From contig CAKOKD010000002.1 in the NCBI GenBank assembly GCA_934090935.1, positions 25,438 through 89,437 on the forward strand: DNA of 64,000 nt. The letters run 5' to 3'. The DNA is from an uncultured Bacilli bacterium. Lineage in GTDB: Bacteria > Bacillota_I > Bacilli_A > RF39 > UBA660. Numbering within the stretch: position 1 is the first letter of the stretch; each line of letters opens with the position of its first letter. The notes beneath the pieces were generated by a model. That model did no database searches. It was not told the DNA's origin and saw only the letters and a list, made by a program, of their open reading frames with translations. Made by a program: the position numbers and the translations under genes. Positions 36,820 to 46,864 of the stretch are shown here, in pieces.

Positions 36820-39120
36820 ATGAAGAAAAGTGCAATAATAGTTGCAATAGTTTTTATGATGATTGGATTTGCAGCAGTAAGTACATCATTGATAATAAAT
36901 AGTAATATAAAAGTATCAGAGAATGAAACAGATTTTGATGTATATTTTAGTAAAGCAAGATTGGATACAATAGATGTATATGAAAGTGTAATAAGTCAAG
37001 ATAAAAAGACAATAACATTTAATACTAATAATTTAAGTAAAGTAGGAGATAAATCAGTACTTACATATGAAGTAACAAATAATTCAAATAACTATGATGC
37101 AGAAGTGCGTGTTACATGTACACCAGAAAACAATAAATATACAAGTATAACAAATACAATAGATGTAGAAAATGACATAGTACCAGCAAGAAATACAGCA
37201 AAAGGGAGAGTAACAATAACATTAAATAAAACATCATTAGAAGAAGTGAGTGAAGAATATACATGTTCGTTAGAGTTTAATGCAGTAGAAAGAGAAAGTA
37301 TAGGAATATCTAGTAATAAACCAGCAGAACCAGAATTAACTAATGATTTAGTTCCAGTAATAATAGCAGACAATGGAACTGTAAAAAAGGCGGATACAAC
37401 AACTGAATGGTATAATTATGAAAACAAAGTTTGGGCAAATGCCGTAATATTAAAAGATGATTACGATGATTTAAATGAAAATGGAAAAATAAATGGGGCA
37501 ACAAAAGAAGATAATCAAGTAACCTTAGATGGAGTAGACGATTATATTAATTTAGGATTAGAAAACTATGATTTTAAAGATAGTATGACATTGGCGATAA
37601 AATTAAGATTTAATAAAGATGACTCTGTTCAAGAATTCTTTGGGAATTGGGAAGTTGGTGGAATGGGAATTGGATATGGTGGGTATAATAATAAAAAACT
37701 TGTTGCCGCTATGTATGATAAATCATCATCAAGTTACGTATCATTTTTTTCTAATCAAACAATCAAAAAAAATAAGGAATATTTAATTGCTATTAGCTAT
37801 GATGGAAAAAATTTAAAATTATATATTGACGGCAAATTAGATAAAAGTGTTGCAACAACTGGAAATATTGGTTTAAGTAGTCAACCGATATTTATTGGTG
37901 CAAATCCAAGTCCAAGTGGAACACATGTTAATTATTCAAATATATCAGTGAAAAAAGCAGCGATATATGATCGAGCATTAAGTGAAGAAGAAATAACTAA
38001 ATATTATAAAAATGACATAATAATCAATGATGATACAGATTTACTAAAATATGTTAATTTTGAAAAAACAACTGCAAATGATGAGATAATACCAGAAAAT
38101 AATATTGAATCATATTTTGTATGGATACCAAGATACAAATATAAATTATTTAATGTAGACAATTATAGTTTAACAACAGTAGCAAGTGCATCCGAAGTAG
38201 AAAGTAAAGCGCAAGAGATAGAAATAGAGTTTGAAAGTAGATATGATAAAGTATCAAATGGAAGCAAAAATGGAGAGTGGTTGACTCACCCAGCATTTAC
38301 AAGTTTTGATACAAATGGATTCTGGGTAGGAAAGTTTGAAACCGGATATAAAGGAGCAACAACAACAACTGCTGCTCAAGTAAATGAATCAGATTTTACA
38401 AAAGTAATAATAAAACCGAATGTATATAGTTGGAGAAATATAACAGTAAAGAATATATTTGAAACGAGTTATAACTATAATAGAGATGCAGATTCACATA
38501 TGATAAAGAATACAGAATGGGGAGCAGTAGCATATCTTTCACATTCCAAATATGGAATAGATAAAGAAATAAATATAAATAATAATTCATCATATAAAAC
38601 AGGATATTCATCTTTACCAACATTAGACCAAAGCTCATATCCAGGGACCTATGGAGATGGAGAAAATTATAATCAACCATACAATACTAGTATTGGTTAT
38701 CTTGCCTCAACAACAAGAAATATAAGTGGAGTATACGATATGTCCGGTGGAGCATGGGAATATACAGCTGGCTATATGTCAGGTCAATTAGGAAATAGTG
38801 AAATAACACCAACAAGTTACGATTCAAAATATATTGATGTTTATAGTTCATCAAGTACAATTATATCTTTTAATTATAGAATATTAGGGGATGCAACCGG
38901 AGAAATGGGACCTTTTAATAATTATTTAGAAAAAAATGGGACTTCTTATTATCACGGTAGCTGGTATAATGAAGAAGCTCATTTTATTAATTCATCTTTC
39001 CCATGGTTTTTTCGAGGCGGTTATTGGGATCGTGGAGTGTTGGCTGGAATTTTCTATTTTGATAGATTTACAGGGGGAGTGCATGTAAATGTCTCTTTCC
39101 GTCTAGTATTAACACCATAA
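36820..39120 (+). CDS. Family member 2: shared N-module, LamG/concanavalin-like domain and FGE-sulfatase (C-type-lectin-fold)-like C-terminal domain
   Basis: N-terminus MKKSAIIVAIVFMMIGFAAVSTSLIINS...EEYTCSLEFNAVER. LamG_3 pattern VTLDGVDDYINLG...YLIAISYDGKNLKLYIDGKL...IFIGANPS. SUMF1-like pattern HPAFTSF..GFWVGKFE, NTEWGAVAYL, GVYDMSGGAWEYTAG, FRGGYW and SFRLVL. Confidence 0.75.
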   Translation: MKKSAIIVAIVFMMIGFAAVSTSLIINSNIKVSENETDFDVYFSKARLDTIDVYESVISQDKKTITFNTNNLSKVGDKSVLTYEVTNNSNNYDAEVRVTCTPENNKYTSITNTIDVENDIVPARNTAKGRVTITLNKTSLEEVSEEYTCSLEFNAVERESIGISSNKPAEPELTNDLVPVIIADNGTVKKADTTTEWYNYENKVWANAVILKDDYDDLNENGKINGATKEDNQVTLDGVDDYINLGLENYDFKDSMTLAIKLRFNKDDSVQEFFGNWEVGGMGIGYGGYNNKKLVAAMYDKSSSSYVSFFSNQTIKKNKEYLIAISYDGKNLKLYIDGKLDKSVATTGNIGLSSQPIFIGANPSPSGTHVNYSNISVKKAAIYDRALSEEEITKYYKNDIIINDDTDLLKYVNFEKTTANDEIIPENNIESYFVWIPRYKYKLFNVDNYSLTTVASASEVESKAQEIEIEFESRYDKVSNGSKNGEWLTHPAFTSFDTNGFWVGKFETGYKGATTTTAAQVNESDFTKVIIKPNVYSWRNITVKNIFETSYNYNRDADSHMIKNTEWGAVAYLSHSKYGIDKEININNNSSYKTGYSSLPTLDQSSYPGTYGDGENYNQPYNTSIGYLASTTRNISGVYDMSGGAWEYTAGYMSGQLGNSEITPTSYDSKYIDVYSSSSTIISFNYRILGDATGEMGPFNNYLEKNGTSYYHGSWYNEEAHFINSSFPWFFRGGYWDRGVLAGIFYFDRFTGGVHVNVSFRLVLTP

Positions 39121-39132
39121 CTTTACATTTAT

Positions 39133-39160
39133 AAGACACATTTTGTTGTCTTTTTTTTTT
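39133..39160 (+). terminator. Rho-independent terminator
   Basis: AAGACA-cattttgt-TGTCTT followed by a long T-run. Confidence 0.7.
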
Positions 39161-39192
39161 ATTTATGCTAAATTTTATTAAGGTGATACTTT

Positions 39193-41109
39193 ATGGCAAC
39201 AACAAAAAAATATGATGCTTCATCGATAAAAATACTTGAAGGTTTAGAAGCAGTAAGAAAAAGACCTGGTATGTATATTGGTTCAACTGATAAAAGAGGT
39301 CTTCACCATTTAGCTTGGGAAATAATTGACAACTGTATTGATGAGATAATAAATGGATACGGAGATACGGTTAAAATACGTCTTAATGGAGATGGATCTA
39401 TCACTATTGCGGATAATGGCCGTGGAGTTCCAATTGGAATGCACGAAAGTGGTAAATCAACTCCTGAAGTAATCTATACAGTGCTTCATGCCGGTGGAAA
39501 ATTTGAAGAAGGAAACTATAAGGTTTCTGGAGGTCTACATGGAGTAGGCGCCAGTGTAGTTAATGCTTTATCATCTTGGATGGATGTAACAATCTATACT
39601 GATGGTGTTATTTCTAATATTCGTTTTAAAAACGGAGGAGAAGTATCAAGTCCACTTAAAAAAATTGGTGAGTCTAAAAAAACGGGTACATGTGTAACGT
39701 TTATGCCTGATTATGAAATATTTAAAAATTGTCAATTTTCTTTTTCAACGATATGTGAAAGAATGCAAGAAAGTGCATTTTTATTGCCTAGATTAACTGT
39801 TGAACTTGAAAATGCATCCGAAAACAAAAAAGTAACTTATCATTATGAAAATGGATTAACATCATTTGTAGAATATATGAATGAAGACAAAAAAACTTTA
39901 AACAATGTAGTTCCAATACATGGTGTAAAAAATCATATAGAGGTTGATATTGCCTTACAATATACTGATTCTTACAACGAACAAATTGTTTCCTTTGTAA
40001 ATAATGTAAAAACGACCGATGGAGGATCTCATGAGGTTGGATTTAAAACTGGTTTAACAAAAGTATTCAATGACTATGCTAGAGGAAATGGAATACTAAA
40101 AGCCAAGGATACCAATTTTGATGGAAGCGATGCCAGAGAAGGTTTAACGGCTGTAATAAACTTAAAGATTCCTGAAAATCTACTTCAATTTGAAGGGCAA
40201 ACTAAGGGAAAACTTGGAACTCCTGAGGCTCGTCCTGTTGTAGAACAAATCGTTTATGATTCGCTTAAGTTTTATCTTGAAGAAAATAAGGGTGAAGCAA
40301 CTATTATCCTTGATAAGATGAGTAAAAGCAAATTCGCTCGTGAAGCAGCAAGAAAGGCAAGAGAAGAAGCTAGAGCAGGAAAAAGCAAAAGAGATGAAAA
40401 GAGAAGCTTATCGGATAAGTTAACACCTCCTCAAGCAAGAAATCCTAAAATTAATGAACTATTTATTGTAGAAGGTCAATCTGCCGGTGGTACAGCTAAA
40501 TCAAGTCGAGATAGAAAATTCCAAGGTGTGTTACCTTTAAGAGGAAAAGTTTTAAATACTGAAAAAGCAAGCATAGCTGATGCTTTTAAAAATGAAGAGA
40601 TAAACACTTTGATACACTGTATAGGTGCAGGATGTGGAGCTGAATTTGATGTTAAAGATATCAATTATGATAAAGTTATTATCATGACCGATGCCGATGA
40701 TGATGGTGCTCATATTCAATGTTTGCTTTTAACTTTCTTTTATAGATTCATGCGTCCTTTAATTGAGGAAGGACATCTTTATATCGCGATGCCACCTTTA
40801 TTTAAAGTTGAAGAAGGTAAAAAAGTTACTTACTTCTATACAAATGAAGAACTTAAAGACTATGTACGTGATAAAGACAATTCAAACTATAAAGTACAAA
40901 GATACAAAGGTTTAGGAGAGATGGATGCAGAACCTTTAAGAATAACTACAATGAATCCGGAGACAAGAAACTTGATAAAAGTAAATATTGGGGATGCTGC
41001 AATGGCTGAAAAAAGAGTGTCCGTGTTAATGGGAGATGCTGTTGAACCAAGAAAAGAATGGATCAACGAAAATGTAGATTTCACATTAGAAGATGACTTC
41101 AAAATTTAA
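39193..41109 (+). CDS. parE: Type IIA topoisomerase subunit B, most likely topoisomerase IV ParE
   Basis: LEGLEAVRKRPGMYIGSTDKRGLHHL, an EGQSAGG Toprim domain and PLRGKVLN. The C-terminus (LMGDAVEPRKEWINENVDF) resembles ParE rather than GyrB, which ends ...NLDI. No partner A-subunit gene is adjacent. Confidence 0.8.
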   Translation: MATTKKYDASSIKILEGLEAVRKRPGMYIGSTDKRGLHHLAWEIIDNCIDEIINGYGDTVKIRLNGDGSITIADNGRGVPIGMHESGKSTPEVIYTVLHAGGKFEEGNYKVSGGLHGVGASVVNALSSWMDVTIYTDGVISNIRFKNGGEVSSPLKKIGESKKTGTCVTFMPDYEIFKNCQFSFSTICERMQESAFLLPRLTVELENASENKKVTYHYENGLTSFVEYMNEDKKTLNNVVPIHGVKNHIEVDIALQYTDSYNEQIVSFVNNVKTTDGGSHEVGFKTGLTKVFNDYARGNGILKAKDTNFDGSDAREGLTAVINLKIPENLLQFEGQTKGKLGTPEARPVVEQIVYDSLKFYLEENKGEATIILDKMSKSKFAREAARKAREEARAGKSKRDEKRSLSDKLTPPQARNPKINELFIVEGQSAGGTAKSSRDRKFQGVLPLRGKVLNTEKASIADAFKNEEINTLIHCIGAGCGAEFDVKDINYDKVIIMTDADDDGAHIQCLLLTFFYRFMRPLIEEGHLYIAMPPLFKVEEGKKVTYFYTNEELKDYVRDKDNSNYKVQRYKGLGEMDAEPLRITTMNPETRNLIKVNIGDAAMAEKRVSVLMGDAVEPRKEWINENVDFTLEDDFKI

Positions 41110-41135
41110 GGTAGACAAAACTACCTTTTTATTTT
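41108..41135 (+). terminator. Rho-independent terminator
   Basis: AAGGTAG-acaaaa-CTACCTT followed by a T-run. Confidence 0.7.
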
Positions 41136-41165
41136 ATAATACAAGCATTTAAAGGAGGCCTTTTT

Positions 41166-42080
41166 ATGTACCTATATAGAGTTCTAAATAAAAATGATGA
41201 AGCTTTTGATGTTGAAAAAAACGGAATTGCATCAAAGAAATTGATCGATGATACTATGGAAAAATATCATATTCAACCTGATTACAATGGTTTAAGTGAA
41301 GATGAAAAATTAAGAGTTATATCTTCAAAACAAGCATATATTTTAGATTCAGCACGATACATAATGGATAGAATAAATCAAGAATATAGCAGTTTATTTC
41401 TTAATTCATCATCTTCAGCAAGATTTTTTAAAAACATTGTTTCAACGGTAAATGAACACTTGATTCATGGAAGTCGAGTTGATACGAAATGGATATCTTT
41501 TTCTAAAGAACCAACCGCGATTCAAGAGTATTATTGTTCTCAAGAATACAATAAAGTAGCTGTTATAAATGGTAACTATCGTGAGATATTTGAGAATTTT
41601 GAAGATGATATTTTAGTGGCTGTTGATTTTAGCAATAAATACGCTATTCAATCAAATCCATATATATCAACACTAGCTAATAAGCATATCGATTTAAACT
41701 CCAGAGCTTGTGAAAATGCCATGAAAAGTAAAGAAGTATGTTACTATAACTTGGTGCCTGCTAAAAAGATATTATCTATTTTGGATGCTCTTTTATATGA
41801 ATTAATTTTATTTGGAGTTTATAATCCATCTCAAATAATATCTATGAGTGATTATCAAAAGCAAAATTTTAGAAAAAATCTAATAGATTATTTAAAAATC
41901 AAATATGCAAATGATCCAATAAGTCTTTATATCATCACAGAACACTTTGAAAAAAATAGATCTTTTCTTAGTATTCAAAACGGAAATAGAAATGCTTATT
42001 TAAATGATCCATGGGGAAAAATCTTCATACAGCTTAAAACTGACAGCAAAGCACTAAAATTGATTCAAAAATGCAACTAG
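41166..42080 (+). CDS. Hypothetical protein (304 aa)
   Basis: AGGAGG RBS and a long ORF. No confidently recognisable motif. Confidence 0.5.
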   Translation: MYLYRVLNKNDEAFDVEKNGIASKKLIDDTMEKYHIQPDYNGLSEDEKLRVISSKQAYILDSARYIMDRINQEYSSLFLNSSSSARFFKNIVSTVNEHLIHGSRVDTKWISFSKEPTAIQEYYCSQEYNKVAVINGNYREIFENFEDDILVAVDFSNKYAIQSNPYISTLANKHIDLNSRACENAMKSKEVCYYNLVPAKKILSILDALLYELILFGVYNPSQIISMSDYQKQNFRKNLIDYLKIKYANDPISLYIITEHFEKNRSFLSIQNGNRNAYLNDPWGKIFIQLKTDSKALKLIQKCN

Positions 42081-42180
42081 TTTAGACTCAGTTGTTTTTT
42101 TATTATGAAAATAGAATATATTAATTTTATTGATTTAGTATGTATTATTATGATAAAATCTTATTGTTAGAGGTGAAGTT

Positions 42181-42423
42181 ATGGATAAGACAACTCTATT
42201 TGAACTTGATGATATAACAAATGCATTAATTGAAACTACTTTAGACGAGATATATGATGCTTTAAAGGAAAAAGGATATAATCCCGTTAGTCAAATAGTT
42301 GGATATTTAGTATCTGGGGATCCTGGATATATTACAAACTATAAAAATGCTCGTGATAAAATGCTTAATCTTGATCGAAATAAAGTGTTAGAGCTTATGG
42401 TGAAAGCGTACTTAGAGAACTGA
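42181..42423 (+). CDS. ireB: IreB-family regulatory phosphoprotein (UPF0297/YrzL)
   Basis: ALKEKGYNPVSQIVGYLVSGDPGYIT. The size (80 aa) and the position upstream of ruvX also fit. Confidence 0.8.
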   Translation: MDKTTLFELDDITNALIETTLDEIYDALKEKGYNPVSQIVGYLVSGDPGYITNYKNARDKMLNLDRNKVLELMVKAYLEN

Positions 42424-42851
42424 TGAGAACTTTAGGAATGGATTTAGGAACTAAGACTTTAGGTCTTGCTGTTTCCGATAAACTAGGGATAATTGCAAAT
42501 CCTTATAAAACTTTGAGGTATACAGACGTTGATGAACTTGTTTCAGAGGTTGTTTCTTTGATAGATGAGTTAAAAATTGAATCTCTTGTGCTTGGTTTTC
42601 CAAAGAATATGAACAACTCTTTAGGAGAAGCTGTTTCAAGAACAAACATATTTAAGGAAAAACTCGAAAGTAAAACGGATTTAAAGATAAATCTAGTGGA
42701 TGAGCGATTAAGCACTGTTGAAGCTGAAAAGTATCTTATCGGGGCTGATATGAGCAGAAAAAACCGTAAAGAAGTAATTGATGCTGTAGCAGCAAGTATC
42801 ATACTTGATACTTATTTAAAAAGAATGGGAAGTGGAAATAATGTTAGATAA
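42423..42851 (+). CDS. ruvX: Holliday-junction resolvase-like nuclease RuvX (YqgF)
   Basis: LGMDLGTKTLGLAVSD and DERLSTVEAE motifs. Confidence 0.85.
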   Translation: MRTLGMDLGTKTLGLAVSDKLGIIANPYKTLRYTDVDELVSEVVSLIDELKIESLVLGFPKNMNNSLGEAVSRTNIFKEKLESKTDLKINLVDERLSTVEAEKYLIGADMSRKNRKEVIDAVAASIILDTYLKRMGSGNNVR

Positions 42852-43134
42852 TGGAAAAATAGTTATAAAAAATGATAAAGGTGAAGAACTTACATGTGAT
42901 GTTTTATTCACATTTGATTCTGATGAAACTGGAAAAAGCTATATAGCTTACACAGACAATACTAAAGATAGCAAAGGAAATACTAAAGTATATGCAAGCA
43001 CTTATGATAAGAATGGTGATGATATGCAATTAAATCCTTTAACTAGTGAAAAAGAATGGAAAATCATTGATAATATCTTATCCAGTGTATTAGATATGGT
43101 TAAAGAACAAGCAAGCGGTGAAAACCATGAATAA
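42841..43134 (+). CDS. DUF1292 (YrzB) family protein
   Basis: ELTCDVLFTFDSDETGKSYIAYTD is typical. Syntenic with B. subtilis yrzB. Confidence 0.7.
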   Translation: MLDNGKIVIKNDKGEELTCDVLFTFDSDETGKSYIAYTDNTKDSKGNTKVYASTYDKNGDDMQLNPLTSEKEWKIIDNILSSVLDMVKEQASGENHE

Positions 43135-44215
43135 CGATATTGATAAGTTTAATAAAAAGATAAAAAAAGCTTTTTTTATTACTATGATTGTCGCTTTTTC
43201 TTTACTTGTAGTAGCTGGTGGAATAATGTTTTATAATATGTTACCAGTATCAAGTACGTCAAGAGAAGAGATTAGTTTTAAAGTAGAACCAGGTTCTAGC
43301 AAAAACCAAATAATAAATAATTTGAAAAAAGAAGGTTTAATTAAAAGCAAAAACATAACAAAAATAATAGTTAAATTAGGATATCAAAAGGGATTTTTAG
43401 CCGGTAATTATAAATTAAGCAAAAGCATGCCCTTGATGGATATTCTTGATAATTTAACAAATGGAACTAATATCGAAAAAAACGAAATAGCTGTTACTTT
43501 TATAGAGGGTAAACGTTTTACAGAATATATCGATGTAATGGTTAAAAATTTTAACTTTAATAAAGAAGCGGCTATTGAAACTTTAAGTGATAAAACTTAT
43601 TTACAAGAACTTATCAATAAATACTGGTTCTTAACAGATGACATTTTAAAAGATGGAGTATATTATCCTTTAGAAGGATACTTATTTCCAGATACATATT
43701 TCATAAAAAAAGATGCTACTATAAAAGAAGTAGTTGAAGTTCTTTTAAATGGAATGAACACTAAATTAGCTCCATATAAAGAATATTTAGAAACCAACAA
43801 CTTAAATATTACTAGTTTACTTACTCTTGCGAGTGTGATAGAATTAGAAGCAGCACTTGACACAGACAGAAAAGAAATATCCGGTGTATTTCAAAACCGA
43901 ATAAATAAAAATATGTCTATTGGAAGTGATGTAACCACGTATTATGCAGTAAAAAAAGAATTGGGTACTGCTTTAACTCAAAGTGATATTTCTTCATGTA
44001 ATGCATATAATACTAGGGGATCTTGTACTACAGGAATACCAGTCGGTCCGATATGTAGTCCGTCTCTTACATCAATTGATGCAGCAATATATCCAAATAA
44101 AAATGAATATTTATATTTTGTTGCAGACTCAAGTGGAAAAGTTTATTATAGTAAAACAGAAATTGAGCATATTAATACTATAAATGAACTTAAAAGTAAA
44201 GGACTTTGGTCTTAA
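43127..44215 (+). CDS. mltG: Endolytic peptidoglycan transglycosylase MltG (YceG-like)
   Basis: An N-terminal TM helix and a YceG pattern (LASVIELEA, YNTRG...GIPVGPICSP). Confidence 0.85.
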   Translation: MNNDIDKFNKKIKKAFFITMIVAFSLLVVAGGIMFYNMLPVSSTSREEISFKVEPGSSKNQIINNLKKEGLIKSKNITKIIVKLGYQKGFLAGNYKLSKSMPLMDILDNLTNGTNIEKNEIAVTFIEGKRFTEYIDVMVKNFNFNKEAAIETLSDKTYLQELINKYWFLTDDILKDGVYYPLEGYLFPDTYFIKKDATIKEVVEVLLNGMNTKLAPYKEYLETNNLNITSLLTLASVIELEAALDTDRKEISGVFQNRINKNMSIGSDVTTYYAVKKELGTALTQSDISSCNAYNTRGSCTTGIPVGPICSPSLTSIDAAIYPNKNEYLYFVADSSGKVYYSKTEIEHINTINELKSKGLWS

Positions 44216-44229
44216 AGAGGTGTAAAAAA

Positions 44230-44841
44230 ATGAATGATGTTATAAAGGAAATGGAAAGGTATGCTGAGGCAAACAATGTGCCTATAATCGAGCATGATTC
44301 CATAAAATTTATACAAAAATATATTAAACTCAATAATGTTAAAAAAATTCTTGAATTAGGAACTGCTATAGGTTATTCAGCAATTCTTATGGCAAGTGTT
44401 GATGAAGATGTTGAAGTTACTACTATCGAAAGAGATGATAAACGCTACAGAGAAGCTGTAAAAAACGTAAATCGTACAGGAATGGATAAAAGAATTGAAA
44501 TTGTATTTAATGATGCTTTAGACGTTAATCTAGTTGATCATGAATATGATTTAATATTTATTGATGCCGCTAAAGGTCAATATATAAAATTTTTTGAAAA
44601 GTTCCAAAACTATCTATCTAAAGGTGGTGTAATCATCACTGATAACTTAAAATTTCACGGTTTAGTAGCTGATAAGGAAAAAATAGAGTCGAGAAACGTT
44701 TTAGGATTAGTAACTAAAATCGAAAAATATATTGAGTTTTTACGTACTAATGAGGATTTTGTCACTAAATTCTATGATATAGGTGATGGATTATCAGTTA
44801 GTTTTAGGAAGTCTGATGAAGATGGAAAAAATATTGATTAA
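44230..44841 (+). CDS. SAM-dependent O-methyltransferase, YrrM/TrmR-like
   Basis: ILELGTAIGYSA (SAM motif I) and IFIDAAKGQY. It lies upstream of two U32 genes, as in B. subtilis yrrMNO. Confidence 0.75.
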   Translation: MNDVIKEMERYAEANNVPIIEHDSIKFIQKYIKLNNVKKILELGTAIGYSAILMASVDEDVEVTTIERDDKRYREAVKNVNRTGMDKRIEIVFNDALDVNLVDHEYDLIFIDAAKGQYIKFFEKFQNYLSKGGVIITDNLKFHGLVADKEKIESRNVLGLVTKIEKYIEFLRTNEDFVTKFYDIGDGLSVSFRKSDEDGKNID

Positions 44842-45598
44842 TATAAACGATTTAAAAGAAATAGAAGAATATAAGAAAGTTGGAATCACCAATTTTCTTT
44901 TTGCTGTTAAGAATTTTTCTATCGGATATAATTCCTTTGACTTGTGTGATATTCCGGATGATGCATACGTTTATTTAAATAGAGTTATGGACACAGTTGC
45001 AATTGATGAGTTAAAAAGTATTAAGGATGAATTTTTAAGATTTAAAGGAATTATTTTTGAAGATCTAGGCGTTTTCAATATATTTAAAGATACCGGTATT
45101 CCTCTTATTTGGAATCAAGCTCATTTTGCAGTAAATTATAATTCAATTAATTTTCATTTGAAAAATGGATGTACAAGTGCTGTTATTTCAAATGAAATCA
45201 CTAAAGAAGAAATAGATGAAATAATTAATAATTCTACTAAACCACTTATACTTCCAATATTTGGAAAAAACAATATCATGTATTCAAGAAGAACTTTGCT
45301 TACAAATTTTAATAAACATGCAGGACTAAGGGATTATAATGATATGGTTTTAAACGAAAAAATAACTGGTAATGAATTTTTAGCAAGAGAAAGTGAGTAT
45401 GGAACATATATATTTAATAATACTTATTTTAATTATGTTTCTTTAATGCCTAAATATGAGGATATAGTAATGTATTTCTTAATGTTAAATCTTGATTTAA
45501 GTGCAAGTGAAATTAAAAATATACTTGATGGTAAGAATTATGGCGATGATGGCTTCTTAAATAAAAAAACTGTATTTAAATTGGAGGACTATAAATAA
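44822..45598 (+). CDS. Peptidase U32 family protein, YrrN-like
   Basis: Called from position and size in the yrrMNO arrangement. It shows U32-like N-terminal barrel patterns. Its start overlaps the upstream gene. Confidence 0.65.
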   Translation: MEKILININDLKEIEEYKKVGITNFLFAVKNFSIGYNSFDLCDIPDDAYVYLNRVMDTVAIDELKSIKDEFLRFKGIIFEDLGVFNIFKDTGIPLIWNQAHFAVNYNSINFHLKNGCTSAVISNEITKEEIDEIINNSTKPLILPIFGKNNIMYSRRTLLTNFNKHAGLRDYNDMVLNEKITGNEFLARESEYGTYIFNNTYFNYVSLMPKYEDIVMYFLMLNLDLSASEIKNILDGKNYGDDGFLNKKTVFKLEDYK

Positions 45599-46794
45599 TG
45601 GAAAATATTGAATTACTAGCTCCAGCTGGTTCTTTAGAAAAAATAAAATATGCTTTTATGTATGGAGCCGATGCTGTATATTTTGGTTATAAAAACTATT
45701 CTTTAAGAGCTAATGCTAAGAATTTAGATTTGGATGAAATAAAAATGGCTGTTGATTATGCTCATTCTTTAGGAAAAAAAGTATATGTTACAGTTAATAT
45801 AGTGTTTCATAATGAGGATTTTAAAGGTTTAAAAGATTATTTGATTTATTTAAGTAAAATTCAAGTTGATGCGATAATTACAAGTGATGTAGCCGTTATG
45901 AATATGATTCGTGAAAATAACATAGATTTATGTATACATGTATCAACTCAAGCATCAATTTTAAATTATGAAGCTGCTTTATTCTATAAGGATTTAGGAG
46001 CAACTAGAGTAGTTTTAGCACGTGAAGCAAATAAAGAAGATATAAAAAGAATAAAAAGGGAAACTGGATTAGAAATTGAATGCTTTGTTCATGGAGCGAT
46101 GTGTACAAGTATAAGTGGTAGATGTGTGCTTTCTAATTATTGTACCAACAGGGATTCCAACAGAGGCGGATGTGCTCAAATATGTCGCTGGACTTTTGAC
46201 TATGAAAAAGATGGTGAAAAAGTAAGTGAAGAACCATTTTCAATGACTCCAAAGGATTTAAATATGGTACCTTTTATTAAAGATATGGTTGATACTGGAG
46301 TTAATTCATTTAAAATTGAGGGAAGAATGCGTAGCATTTATTATGTATCTACTGTAATACTTATTTATAGAAGATTAATTGATAAAATTTTAAATAATAC
46401 TTTAACTCCTGAATATTCAACATATGCTTTAAATATTTTAAACCGTGTAGCTAATCGTGAATCAACTCCACAATTCTTTGATAAACTTCCTGGAGTAGAT
46501 GAACAATATTATTTAGGAAGATGTGAATATTCTAATCAAGATTTCTTAGGTTTAGTCATAGACTATAAAGACGGAATTGCAACAATAGAGGAAAGAAATT
46601 ATTTCAAAATAGGTGACGAAGTTCAATTCTTTGGACCATCAACAGAAACTAAAAATTTTCGTATAGAAGAAATCCTAGATGAAGACGGAAAAACAATGGA
46701 AGAAGCTAATCATCCTCAAATGATTGTTAAGATTCGTGTGCCATTTGAATTAAAAAAATATGATATGATGCGTTTAAAAGTGTTTGACTTTTAG
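45598..46794 (+). CDS. Peptidase U32 family protein, YrrO-like
   Basis: ELLAPAGSLEKIKYAFMYGADAVYFG, the Cys cluster HGAMCTSISGRC...C..C, and KIEGRMRS. Confidence 0.85.
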   Translation: MENIELLAPAGSLEKIKYAFMYGADAVYFGYKNYSLRANAKNLDLDEIKMAVDYAHSLGKKVYVTVNIVFHNEDFKGLKDYLIYLSKIQVDAIITSDVAVMNMIRENNIDLCIHVSTQASILNYEAALFYKDLGATRVVLAREANKEDIKRIKRETGLEIECFVHGAMCTSISGRCVLSNYCTNRDSNRGGCAQICRWTFDYEKDGEKVSEEPFSMTPKDLNMVPFIKDMVDTGVNSFKIEGRMRSIYYVSTVILIYRRLIDKILNNTLTPEYSTYALNILNRVANRESTPQFFDKLPGVDEQYYLGRCEYSNQDFLGLVIDYKDGIATIEERNYFKIGDEVQFFGPSTETKNFRIEEILDEDGKTMEEANHPQMIVKIRVPFELKKYDMMRLKVFDF

Positions 46795-46864
46795 ACCATT
46801 ATGTAGTAATCTTATGAAAGTAGTTTTGATAAACAAAAATTTATTTAAAGAAGGGTGACTAATT

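Noticed and set aside
38900-39192. A diversity-generating retroelement acting on the C-lectin-fold C-terminus of family member 2.
   Set aside because: No template-repeat copy of the 3' end and no reverse transcriptase ORF exist in this window, and only 72 nt separate the stop from parE. A trans-acting DGR elsewhere cannot be excluded. This is kept only as a caveat in the findings.
41166-42080. A possible ADP-ribosyltransferase-like protein (LYRV near the N-terminus, ISFSKE, later SKEV, read as an R-S-E triad).
   Set aside because: The motifs are short, their spacing cannot be verified by eye, and the Arg sits at residue 5 with no preceding fold elements. There is not enough evidence to call it, so it is left as hypothetical.
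43983-44183. A 66-aa + strand ORF in an alternative frame inside mltG. Similar short overlapping ORFs occur at 11307-11498 and 55719-55931, and there are many - strand ORFs inside rpoB, rpoC, polC, parE and mutL.
   Set aside because: All lie entirely within strongly supported genes, lack an RBS, and have AT-rich junk-like composition (Ile/Phe/Leu/Asn/Lys-rich). They are typical spurious ORFs.
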